Made by a program: the position numbers and the translations under genes
Part shown: positions 1-9,415 of the stretch, one piece after another
Layout of the letters: the number at the start of each line of letters is the position of its first letter
Numbering within the stretch: position 1 is the first letter of the stretch
NCBI RefSeq assembly: GCF_006345805.1
Contig: NC_043000.1
Coordinates: forward strand, 131,874,001 to 131,938,000
Direction: 5' to 3'
Length of the DNA stretch: 64,000 nucleotides
DNA from: Octopus sinensis
Taxonomy: Eukaryota
Notes under the pieces: generated by a model
What the model was told of the DNA's origin: nothing
What the model saw: the letters and a program-made list of their open reading frames with translations, nothing else
Databases searched by the model: none

Positions 1-1308
1 ATTCAACTTCACTCCAATACAATTCATTTTCCATAATTTTCCTTTCTCTCGTCACAGTACACAAATGTTTTCCTTCTTCTCGTGTATTGCTCTTCAGAAA
101 TATTTCTACTGATATATCTCCATCAAAAGTGATCTTTGTTAATATCTGAAGATGCTGCAAACTGCCTTCTTAATTGCTTTAACTCATTAACATTCAGATT
201 ACTGTCAAATGTAATGCTTATTTATTCAAATTCTTCCGAATTAATCATTCATTATCTTATTGCTTTAAGATTTCAACAATGTGATTCTTTATGTTTATAT
301 GACATTGCAGGGTGAGTTTAAGATGCCAGATGCGGCCAATTTTAACATAGAATATGCAGAATATTTGGGAATGGCATGCCCAGTTCAAATGTTAAAGGAT
401 TAATTCAAATACAAATATAATTTTCTGTGCATTCCAGACAATAAAGAAGAGAAATTTTGCTACATATATGTCAGAGTTCAGAAGATATATTTTGCAGTAA
501 TTCAGTATATATTTATAGAAACACGGTTATACGTGTTATAAGTAAGATGTTCAATACTAATGATGTAGTTTATATAAAATTCCTGTGATGCTGAGGTCAT
601 CTGATAATCTGAAACGAAAGAGAAACAACAGTGTAAAACATACAAGATAATTAGGAATTAGATTAAAACTGAAAGTTTTACTACATTTTTTTATAGACAT
701 GTCCATAGACGTGCAGGGATGGTTGTGTGGTAAGAATTTTGATTCCCAACACACAAATCTAATAAGCACACCCATTTTCTTCCTTCATTTCACTCCTTTC
801 TTGAATTCCCAAGATTCCCTGTCACCATCCAATTCCATTAACGTGAATTTCAATTTGAATGCTTGAGACATTGTGAATCTTTCATTAGCTGATTACACAA
901 ACATGGATATGTTGCAGTTACTCTCTTCATAGAGCCTGGAGATCCTGACCCCTGAACTACAAGGTTCCCTCTGCCCAGCATCAATATAAGAAGCATTGTT
1001 AGTTCAGCTGAGTTCTTCTGCTGCTTCTTCACAAACTGCCATGCTGCAGTCCCAAAGTCACAGAGTACCCCAGGCTAAAAAATGGTTAGAAATCACAACC
1101 GTTCATTTATTTATATTTTATTTGGAAAATATAAAGTGGACCTCGGCGGAATTTGAACTCAGAAACTAATAATAATAATGGTAAATTAATTATGTGCAAT
1201 ACTTAATTAACAAATTCTCCACCACCCATTCAATGTGACGTATGTCAGTTATGTGGGGGTAGGAACCCAGCAAATGTATTTCATCATATTAAATTCCAAT
1301 ATAATCCT

Positions 1309-1385
1309 GGTATTAGTCGCGTAGACTGGACCCGGTGCGCGCATCCGCGCTAGCCAGTCGTAGGTAGTCGATCCTACAGCGACTT
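1309..1385 (+). mobile_element. Solitary Merlin-type terminal inverted repeat (one-ended remnant)
   Basis: GGTATTAGTCGCGTAGACTGGACCCGGTGCGCGCA aligns without gaps to the MITE TIR at 23165->23131 (GGTACTACTTGAGAACAGTGGTCCCGGTGCGCGCA); homology continues ~40 bp; no partner end seen. Confidence 0.55.
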
Positions 1386-1480
1386 GCGAAAAAATGTGAA
1401 AAAAAAAAGGGGGGGGACGTGCGGAAATCTTGCCAACAAAGTTTGCAAACTTGTGTCGGTTTGTCTTCATTAAAAGAAAC

Positions 1481-1576
1481 GGCACTGTCATGCTTTTAGT
1501 TGTCAGGAGGAAAGTAGAAAAAGTGACGTCAGATTTTTCTACTTTCACTTCTGACAACTAAAAGTATGACAGTGCC
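1481..1576. repeat. 96-bp near-perfect palindrome (mini-MITE-like hairpin)
   Basis: GGCACTGTCATGCTTTTAGTTGTCAG...CTGACAACTAAAAGTATGACAGTGCC; no convincing TSD. Confidence 0.7.
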
Positions 1577-1735
1577 CAGGAACAAATACTACAAAATATT
1601 GTCTGCGACACTTCGCTAATTCTTTAGGAAGGGAGATAACTGTCGCGTTAGTTGAAAATATGTTCAGTCATATTCCTTCGAAGTCTAATGCATAACTTTA
1701 AAAGACAAAAAATTCATATAGTCAGTGGGCCAAAA

Positions 1736-1804
1736 TGTATTTGCTGGTTTAGCTAGATCTTCTAATGAATATAAAAAGGATGCCTAGGTAGTCTTTGTAG
1801 GTGC
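1736..1804 (-). mobile_element. 69-bp fragment of Academ transposase sequence embedded in 5S spacer
   Basis: 65/69 identical to 16009-16077 (inside Academ coding region), same orientation. Confidence 0.85.
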
Positions 1805-1939
1805 TAGGTAAATGAAGACTTAAATGACAGTAAAAATGAGAAGGAAAATAGGAAAATTTCATAAGCTGTAATAAAAACGAAGTTAAATTAGGCAGAGCTT
1901 CGGTAGTAGTAAAAAAAAAACAAAAAAAAAACAAAAGGA

Positions 1940-2059
1940 ATGCTTACAGCACCTAGGGTTCCCAAGCGGTCACCCATCTAAGTACTAACTAGGCTCGATG
2001 TTGCTTAACTTCGGTGATCAGACGAGAACCGGTGCTTTCAACGTGATATGGCCGTAAGC
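1940..2059 (-). rRNA. RNA5S: 5S rRNA gene (dispersed copy 1; U40 variant)
   Basis: Reverse complement GCTTACGGCCATATCACGTTGAAAGCACCGGTTCTCGTCTGATC...GGTGCTGTAAGC; helix I pairs fully, box A/box C motifs, oligo-T downstream. Confidence 0.97.
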
Positions 2060-2081
2060 AGCAGAATAGTAAATTTTAAGA

Positions 2082-2096
2082 TATTTATTCTATAAA
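2082..2096 (-). promoter_or_regulatory. Conserved TATA-like upstream element of 5S genes (TTTATAGAATAAATA, about -37 to -23)
   Basis: Same or near-identical motif at about the same distance upstream of all 13 dispersed copies and most array units, while flanks diverge. Confidence 0.65.
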
Positions 2097-2739
2097 CAGA
2101 TACTAAAACTCTTTTTCATGATAAATTCATTTCTTAAAAATCTATATACAACTTTAGACGTTCTTTCGTTAAAAGTCTATGACGTCGTGAGTGGGCTTGT
2201 GACATTGTGTTTCATCTGCTTCACAGTGCTGATAAGTTAAACACTCGCACCAACACTTAATCGTTATTGACGTTGTATACCAGTTGAACTTCATTTTCAT
2301 TACGACTTATGAACTTTTCCTATTTTCCTTCCCACCAGCAAGTCACACTATTACGTTTCTTACACGTTCATCTTTACTACAAAACATTTCACATTTCGTG
2401 CGCCAGCGCTTTACAGGGAATGTTGTTATATGCCGGTGTGATGATGTGTTACGATCACTATATCAATAGGGTCGGATATAAAATAGCACCATTTATTTGC
2501 CGACTATACCCAGCATTCTGATATTCAGTAGTTGATAGCAGAAATAGAAGCGGGTACTTGTTCACTATTTTGTGCACGAAATGTGAAATGTTTTCTGATA
2601 AAGATCGACGTGTAAAAAACTTAGAATCCTGACTTATTAGTGTTGTATGGGTGCTAGGTAAATAAAAACTGACAAGCAATCGGTTTTGCTCTTCATTTAT
2701 TGCTTTCACTTGTATGTATGTATATCTGTACGTGAGTGA

Positions 2740-2741
<2 letters not shown>

Positions 2742-2772
<31 letters not shown>
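2742..2772. repeat. (GT)n microsatellite
   Basis: Direct reading. Confidence 0.9.
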
Positions 2773-3040
2773 CCACTGTTGAAGTTGCTCGTGCATATGA
2801 AAAACAATTAAAGTGTGTATATGAGTGTGTGCGCGACCGCGTGCTTCACTTCTCAGCTGCAAAAGAAATAAACATTTAAGAAATAAAGGATCTTTTCGTT
2901 TTCAACGGCAGGTCAAGAAATTAATTTTTAGGGAAAAGATCCGAAATGTTTTATGTGTCCGAAATTTGAAAGTGTTTGGTTACAAAAAAAAAAAACTCTC
3001 GATCTGCCGTTGAAAGGAAAGAGATCGGAAATAGAAATTC

Positions 3041-6000
3041 GGTCGGTACTTGTCTATTGTCGTGGTCCCGGATTCGCGCGCGCGCGCGCGTCAGACGTAG
3101 GTACTCGATACTCGAGATCCTACGAGGTGACTTGCGCATGCGCAGTGCGCGATTCGCGCATGCGCAGTGCGCGATTCGCGCATGCGCGTTAACCCCCCCC
3201 CCCCCGGAAAAAAAAAGGATTTTTTTTAAAGATACCTTTCTGCTTTTTAAGACAAAAAGGTGTTGGATTTCACTAAAAATATATATATGTGTGTGTGTGT
3301 GTGTGTATATATAACATATTCAATTTTACACAAAAAAATTACATAGTCGCTTTCCTCGCGGATTTACAGATAAATGAATTAATTATATAAATTAAATAAT
3401 TCTTGAAAATTAATTATTATTAATACTCGAGATCCTACGAGGTGACTTGCGCATGCGCAGTGCGCGATTCGCGCATGCGCGTTAACCCCCCCCCCCGGAA
3501 AAAAAAAAGGATTTTTTTAAAGATACCTTTAGTCGCTTTCCTCGCGGATTTACAGATAAATGAATTAATTACTATTTTACAGAATAAAATTAATGAATTA
3601 ATTATATAAATTAAATAATTCTTGAAAATTAATTATTATTAATAATATTTTTTGAACAAAGTAAAAAGTAATTACTTTTTTTTTACAGAAACGCGAACGG
3701 GGAATTTTCAGTTTAAAGTTTATAAATAAATACATTTCATGTGTAATGTAAAATAGTAGTCAATTAATTAAATACCTTCTTTTTCTGGGGTATTATTCTT
3801 GTTCAAACTCGTCACATATTTGTAACTTTTCGATGTAAACCTTTCAATGTAAGTCTTAATTAAAAAGTTGCGGCAGCTTAGCAGAAATGTCACGTTATAA
3901 TTTCTACCATGCAATGGTTTCAATACACGCGGGAGATCATACCCCTTCAAACTTTATACCATTCTGAAAGATGTTTCAGAATATTCATCACACGACCGTT
4001 TTCATTTTGTCCAAATATTTTTTTCCACAGAAACTCATCAAAATTGTGGCGATTTTATGACAGTGTAGCAAATTAGTAATCAACTAATTAAATACCTTCT
4101 TTTTCTGGGGTATTATTCTTGTTCAAACTCGTCACATATTTGTAACTTTTCGATGTAAACCTTTCAATGTAAGTCTTAATTAAAAAGTTGTGGCAGCTTA
4201 GCAGAAATGTCACGTTATAATTTCTACCATGCAATGGTTTCAATACACGCGGGAGATCATACCCCTTCAAACTTTATACCATTCTGAAAGATGTTTCAGA
4301 ATATTCATCACACGACCGTTTTCATTTTGTCCAAAAATACACGCGGGAGATCATACCCCTTCAAACTCTATACCATTCTGAAAGATGTTTCAGAATATTC
4401 ATCAAGCAATCGTATGCAGTTTGCCCATACTGTTTTCCACAGAAACTCATCAAGGTACGAGTCCACCATGGTGGAATGTACCCCCATCATCGTTTTAAAT
4501 TTTCTTTTGGCATTCTTCCAGTAACATTCCACAGAATTTGTGTGTACACCTGTTAGGGGATCCACAAAATTCTGGGAATGGTTTACTGTGAAATGGATGT
4601 ATTTTGGTGTCACATCCATTTCTGCAATACCATTATAGGCGGGCCAGCAATCCGAATGAATTGTTGTGCCCGGTCTAATAAATTTTTTGATGATGGGTAG
4701 CAGAGTTTCCGAGGAACGGTCAGCTACGAACAGTATGAAGCCTTTTTTGTCTTCTCTGTCGTAACCTCCAAAGACCCATCTCTCTTGTGGCGTTCTCCGT
4801 CTATTGTATTTTCTCTTACACATCAGACTTTCATCTACTTCAACAACGTGTCCGACACCACCAATTTGGTATGGATTGTTGATTAGATTGTTGCTACAGA
4901 TATCTCGCATGTATTGATACCATTGAATAACGGTAGATTTTGACAATCCAGTCATTGCTATTGCTCCTGTTATTGTTAGGTTACTGCCCCAACAATATAT
5001 AACATGAATGAAATCGTGCAGTTTCAATCTGCTATTTTCGAGATACGATTTCTTTGTAATTGACTCTTTTTCCCCTTTGTGAGTTGGGCAGCGAAAAATT
5101 TTTTCCTGGTTGTGTTTTATAAGAGTCATCTCTCTATGGCATTTTGAGCAAATTGGAGTTGAGGAACTCAACACTTTTTTGTCCTTTAGGAATGAATAGA
5201 TACTGTCAAAGTCTTTTACGATACTTTCTATCTCATACAACATTTTTTCTTAATTTAACTCACAGTTCAACTGGTGAAGATAAACTGAAACTAAAGTTAT
5301 TTTCAGTATCAGTTAGCTGAGTATCAGTCAGTTAGCTCTGATTGGTTAGATTTTAGAACTTTCTCTGTCCCCTCTTTCAAACTAATTTTTGTTGTGGGGG
5401 GGGGGGAGAAAGATGAACGATTTAAAATAAATATATCTTAATTGTAGTGTGAGAAAAGTATATATATTCTGATGATAAAATATATTCTTTCAAAAACATT
5501 TGTAGTCCTACTATGAAAGATTGTTTTGGGCTGAAACCCAAGTTAACGAAAATACATGAATAAGGATTTGACTGTCATGATGTTGAGTCTTATTAGATTC
5601 TTGTCCGATTCAGTATATTTGTCATGTGCTTTCTGAAGTAGGCAATAAAAACCTTATAAACAAACTGTTATCTACATAATACTGTGGTAATTAGACAAAC
5701 ATTAACTGAAATTAATTATGCCTTTCCTAACAGAAAATGACATAATATGTATTTATTATGTGAACATGTAAAGGAAACTGAAAATTGTGATATGTTCCTC
5801 TCATTACTGGCACTTATTAACTTGAGAAAAATAAAAAGGCCACATATAGAATGAGATATTCGAAAATAAAAAAATGTTAAAAGATACTCCTCGGAATTAA
5901 AATCATGACAAAGATTTTCAAAATCCCTTTTTTGCGATAGATGGAGATTGCCTGAAGTAAATAAGGGAGAAGGAGAGAGAAGACAGCAGAAGGAACAGCA

Positions 6001-7345
6001 TTGATGAGTTTCTATGGAAGGAAATATTTGGACAAAATGAAAACGGTCGTGTGATGAATATTCTGAAACATCTTTCAGAATGGTATAAAGTTTGAAGGGG
6101 TATGATCTCCCGCGTGTATTGAAACCATTGCATGGTAGAAATTATAACGTGACATTTCTGCTAAGCTGCCGCAACTTTTTAATTAAGACTTACATTGAAT
6201 GGTTTACATCGAAAAGTTACAAATATGTGACGAGTTTGAACAAGAATAATACCCCAGAAAAAGAAGGTATTTAATTAGTTGATTACTAATTTGCTACACT
6301 GTCATAAAATCGCCACAATTTTGATGAGTTTCTGTGGAAAAAAATATTTGGACAAAATGAAAACGGTCGTGTGATGAATATTCTGAAACATCTTTCAGAA
6401 TGGTATAAAGTTTGAAGGGGTATGATCTCCCGCGTGTATTGAAACCATTGCATGGTAGAAATTATAACGTGACATTTCTGCTAAGCTGCCGCAACTTTTT
6501 AATTAAGACTTACATTGAAAGGTTTACATCGAAAAGTTACAAATATGTGACGAGTTTGAACAAGAATAATACCCCAGAAAAAGAAGGTATTTAATTAATT
6601 GACTACTATTTTACATTACACATGAAATGTATTTATTTATAAACTTTAAACTGAAAATTCCCCGTTCGCGTTTCTGTAAAAAAAAAGTAATTACTTTTTA
6701 CTTTGTTCAAAAAATATTATTAATAATAATTAATTTTCAAGAATTATTTAATTTATATAATTAATTCATTAATTTTATTCTGTAAAATAGTAATTAATTC
6801 ATTTATCTGTAAATCCGCGAGGAAAGCGACTAAAGGTATCTTTAAAAAAATCCTTTTTTTTTTCCGGGGGGGGGGGGGGGTTAACGCGCATGCGCGAATC
6901 GCGCACTGCGCATGCGCAAGTCACCTCGTAGGATCTCGAGTATTAATAATAATTAATTTTCAAGAATTATTTAATTTATATAATTAATTCATTAATTAAT
7001 TTTATTCTGTAAAATAGTAATTAATTCATTTATCTGTAAATCCGCGAGGAAAGCGACTATGTAATTTTTTTGTGTAAAATTGAATATGTTATATATACAC
7101 AAACACACACACATATATATATATTTTTAGTGAAATCCAACACCTTTTTGTCTTAAAAAGCAGAAAGGTATCTTTAAAAAAAATCCTTTTTTTCCGGGGG
7201 GGGGGTTAACGCGCATGCGCGAATCGCGCACTGCGCATGCGCAAGTCACCTCGTAGGATCTCGAGTATCGAGTACCTACGTCTGACGCGCGCGCGCGCGC
7301 GAATTCGCGTGTGCAAAACCGGGACCACGACAATAGACAAGTACC
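3041..7345 (-). mobile_element. Merlin-superfamily DNA transposon with ~1.3 kb inverted arms (foldback structure)
   Basis: Terminal IR GGTACTTGTCTATTGTCGTGGTCCCGG (3045) / CCGGGACCACGACAATAGACAAGTACC (ends 7345); 9-bp TSD TAGAAATTC at 3032-3040 and 7346-7354 (extra GGTC at left end); arms 3045-~4335 and ~6010-7345 near-identical; central transposase. Confidence 0.9.
4368..5243 (-). CDS. Merlin / IS1016-IS1595(ISXO2)-like DDE transposase, 291 aa
   Basis: N-terminal CxxC...CxxH; VEVDES, GTTIHSDCWPAY, HFTVNHSQNFVDPLTGVHTNSVECYWK, YLDEFLW motifs; D-D-E triad intact; last ~20 aa appear frameshifted. Confidence 0.92.
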   Translation of the reverse strand: MLYEIESIVKDFDSIYSFLKDKKVLSSSTPICSKCHREMTLIKHNQEKIFRCPTHKGEKESITKKSYLENSRLKLHDFIHVIYCWGSNLTITGAIAMTGLSKSTVIQWYQYMRDICSNNLINNPYQIGGVGHVVEVDESLMCKRKYNRRRTPQERWVFGGYDREDKKGFILFVADRSSETLLPIIKKFIRPGTTIHSDCWPAYNGIAEMDVTPKYIHFTVNHSQNFVDPLTGVHTNSVECYWKNAKRKFKTMMGVHSTMVDSYLDEFLWKTVWANCIRLLDEYSETSFRMV

Positions 7346-7647
7346 TAGAAATTCTATAGAGAACTTGCCGAACAAATACTTGCAATTAATTGCCTAAAGA
7401 CGGTAAAAATGATGTTAAATTGCCAATGCCTCGGCATTAGTTTAATAAGATATCAATAAAGAGCAATTGTTGGTGCGAATGTCCAGCGCTGCGAAGCTGC
7501 TGGAAATATGACACAGATTCATTCCTGACATTATAGATTTTTAAGGAAAGATCCTCTTAAAATTAAAGAAAAAAAATTTGTAGTGAAAAATAAAATTGTG
7601 ATTGTATCAATTTATAGAATAAATATATTAAAATTTACTACTCTGTT

Positions 7648-7767
7648 GCTTACGGCCATATCACGTTGAAAACACCGGTTCTCGTCCGATCACCGAAGTT
7701 AAGCAACATCGAGCCTAGTTAGTACTTAGATGGGTGACCGCTTGGGAACCCTAGGTGCTGTAAGCAT
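7648..7767 (+). rRNA. RNA5S: 5S rRNA gene (copy 2; A25)
   Basis: Full 5S core followed by long T-run terminator. Confidence 0.97.
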
Positions 7768-7776
7768 TTTTTTTTT
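7767..7776 (+). terminator. Pol III oligo-T terminator of 5S copy 2 (representative)
   Basis: T-run immediately after GCTGTAAGCA; all copies have T-runs within ~15 bp of the 3' end. Confidence 0.85.
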
Positions 7777-8147
7777 CTTTAGATTTACTTTTATTCTAAC
7801 AGTATGATAGTTATGGATAGTGGATTCAATTTGTTTTCATTATTGAATACAGAATTCTACTCGTATATTTACCAAATCAAGCGCGTGGGAACATCTTGTA
7901 TGGTTGTTCTTTATTTATGAACCTTGTTGACAGTGATAGTTGTCCACTTTGGTTTATTAAAGTTTTCCTATGAAGATGTTGAAAATAACCTTCATGTCAT
8001 GTTGGTTGCTGTACGACCATCAACCAGAGAGAAGAGAAACAAATACTGGAAAACATGCTCTCCGATACTTAAACGATTTGTAAATTTGTTAATTATACGA
8101 AGGGACATAACTGTCTCGTTTAAAAACAAAAAAAAATCATATGCTTG

Positions 8148-8390
8148 TTCCAGGACCTGGTAGTGAACTGTTTCAGCCTGTAGCCTTCGAGGCGATTGGA
8201 AGGACTGGGCCACTAACGCCAAGTTCTTGTCATCGTTAGCAGCCCGGCTCACCTAGGCGACAGGTGATGTTCGTGAGGGTGCTTGGTTTTTCTAACACTT
8301 TAGCCACGTGGTAATGCTGTAAGTGTGCAGGCTTGTTTCAGCTGATTCCACTGAACCTTCTAGAGTGCGACCAATTGAAGGACTTGGGGA
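8148..8390 (+). mobile_element. 3' end of CRE-clade (restriction-like endonuclease) non-LTR retrotransposon ORF, degenerate
   Basis: Frameshifted translation FQDLVVN..FQPVAFEAIGRTGPLT / KFLSSLAARLT*ATGDVREGAWFF*HFS resembles the CRE C-terminal pattern F.P.A.ET.G..G...FL..L...L...TGD.RE..WL.QR.S. Confidence 0.68.
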
Positions 8391-8509
8391 TGCATTGGTG
8401 CCTTTTTTTTTTTGTTATAACTTTTCTCTTTTATTCACTCTCCTCTTTTTCTTTATCCCGATTTCCTTCGTCTTTCTTTTGAGGAAACTATTCTAAATAA
8501 TATGAAGTA

Positions 8510-8570
8510 TCATTATTTATTCTTTTGCTTGTTTCAGTCATTTGGATGAGACCATGCTGGAGCACCACCA
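8510..8570 (+). repeat. Fragment of common Octopus-type interspersed repeat (CTTGTTTCAGTCAT...GCCATGCTGGAGCACC)
   Basis: Paralogous fragment at ~28045-28100; family recalled from knowledge, not searched. Confidence 0.45.
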
Positions 8571-8579
8571 TTGATCATA

Positions 8580-8584
8580 TACAT

Positions 8585-8632
<48 letters not shown>

Positions 8633-8659
8633 TTATATATATATATATATATATATATA
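8580..8659. repeat. Compound (CATA)n/(CA)n/(TA)n microsatellite
   Basis: Direct reading. Confidence 0.9.
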
Positions 8660-9107
8660 GTATAAAGATAGATACTGATCTACGACTTAGAGTCTGCCAC
8701 TGATGTAAGTATCACGAACGAGGCGATTCCATTCGGTTGGTATCATGAGATACTTCACTTTGATTTTGTAGAGTAGAGCTTCTCAACCGGGGACTATTTG
8801 GCTCCTGAGGGTTCATGTAAGATTTTTGGGAATATGTTCATATACATACACATAGAAAATGTTGAAAGTAACTTCGAAATCTCGCCGATTATTGTCTTTT
8901 ATCAGATAGTTTGACGAAGCAGTTATTTAGTAAAACTTTGAGGCTACTATAATCTTTTCTTTTTAACAGCATCTTATACTATAAAAAATACACATTCAGT
9001 ACTTTATCGGTCAATGTTGAGATGTCCTGATGTATAAATTGCATATAAATATATATACCAATAAATAGGCAAGTGCGTGCGCGCACACACAATGGTCGGG
9101 AAGTATA

Positions 9108-9288
9108 GATCATGCAACCAAACTAGGTTACATAACTCAAAGGTTTGCAGGAGCCAGACATGCCTATTCAGATATCCAAAAATCCAAATAGATACATCTG
9201 GAGATCCAGATAAGAACATCTGGTCCCTGTGTGTCTATCACACCCACACGGAATTTCGAGTTATGTAACTTGGTTTATGTACATGATC
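9108..9288. mobile_element. Small MITE-like element with ~33-bp imperfect TIRs
   Basis: GATCATGCAACCAAACTAGGTTACATAACTCAAA ... TTTCGAGTTATGTAACTTGGTTTATGTACATGATC; TSD unclear. Confidence 0.45.
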
Positions 9289-9415
9289 GTTATGATTATA
9301 TATAATACATACATAAATATATACATATGTACACATACACAAACATATGGTGCTTATACGTTTATTTTTAACACTTTCTTGCCAGGGCCGGATTAAGACA
9401 GATGTTGATCGCATC

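Noticed and set aside
1-1060. Possible decayed coding sequence on the minus strand (e.g. SQAFKLKFTLMELDGDRESWEFKKG)
   Set aside because: Multiple stops and no motif I can assign; needs tBLASTx.
3768-6594. Four copies of the 60-aa ORF MKGYDLPRVLKP...
   Set aside because: Non-ATG start overlapping the transposase stop in duplicated arm modules; identity reflects DNA duplication, not a gene.
7924-8163. Similar ORFs in two tail modules (7924-8163 and 11650-11916)
   Set aside because: Frame is broken by indels in other copies (e.g. 21700-21850); no recognisable domain.
7648-8390. SINE3-type element (5S head plus LINE tail)
   Set aside because: 5S copies are followed at once by oligo-T terminators, and the LINE fragment is ~380 bp away and present at only two copies.
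9382-9415. CAGGGCCGGATTAA hAT-like terminus next to the LTR
   Set aside because: Only one short end; no partner TIR or TSD found in the window.
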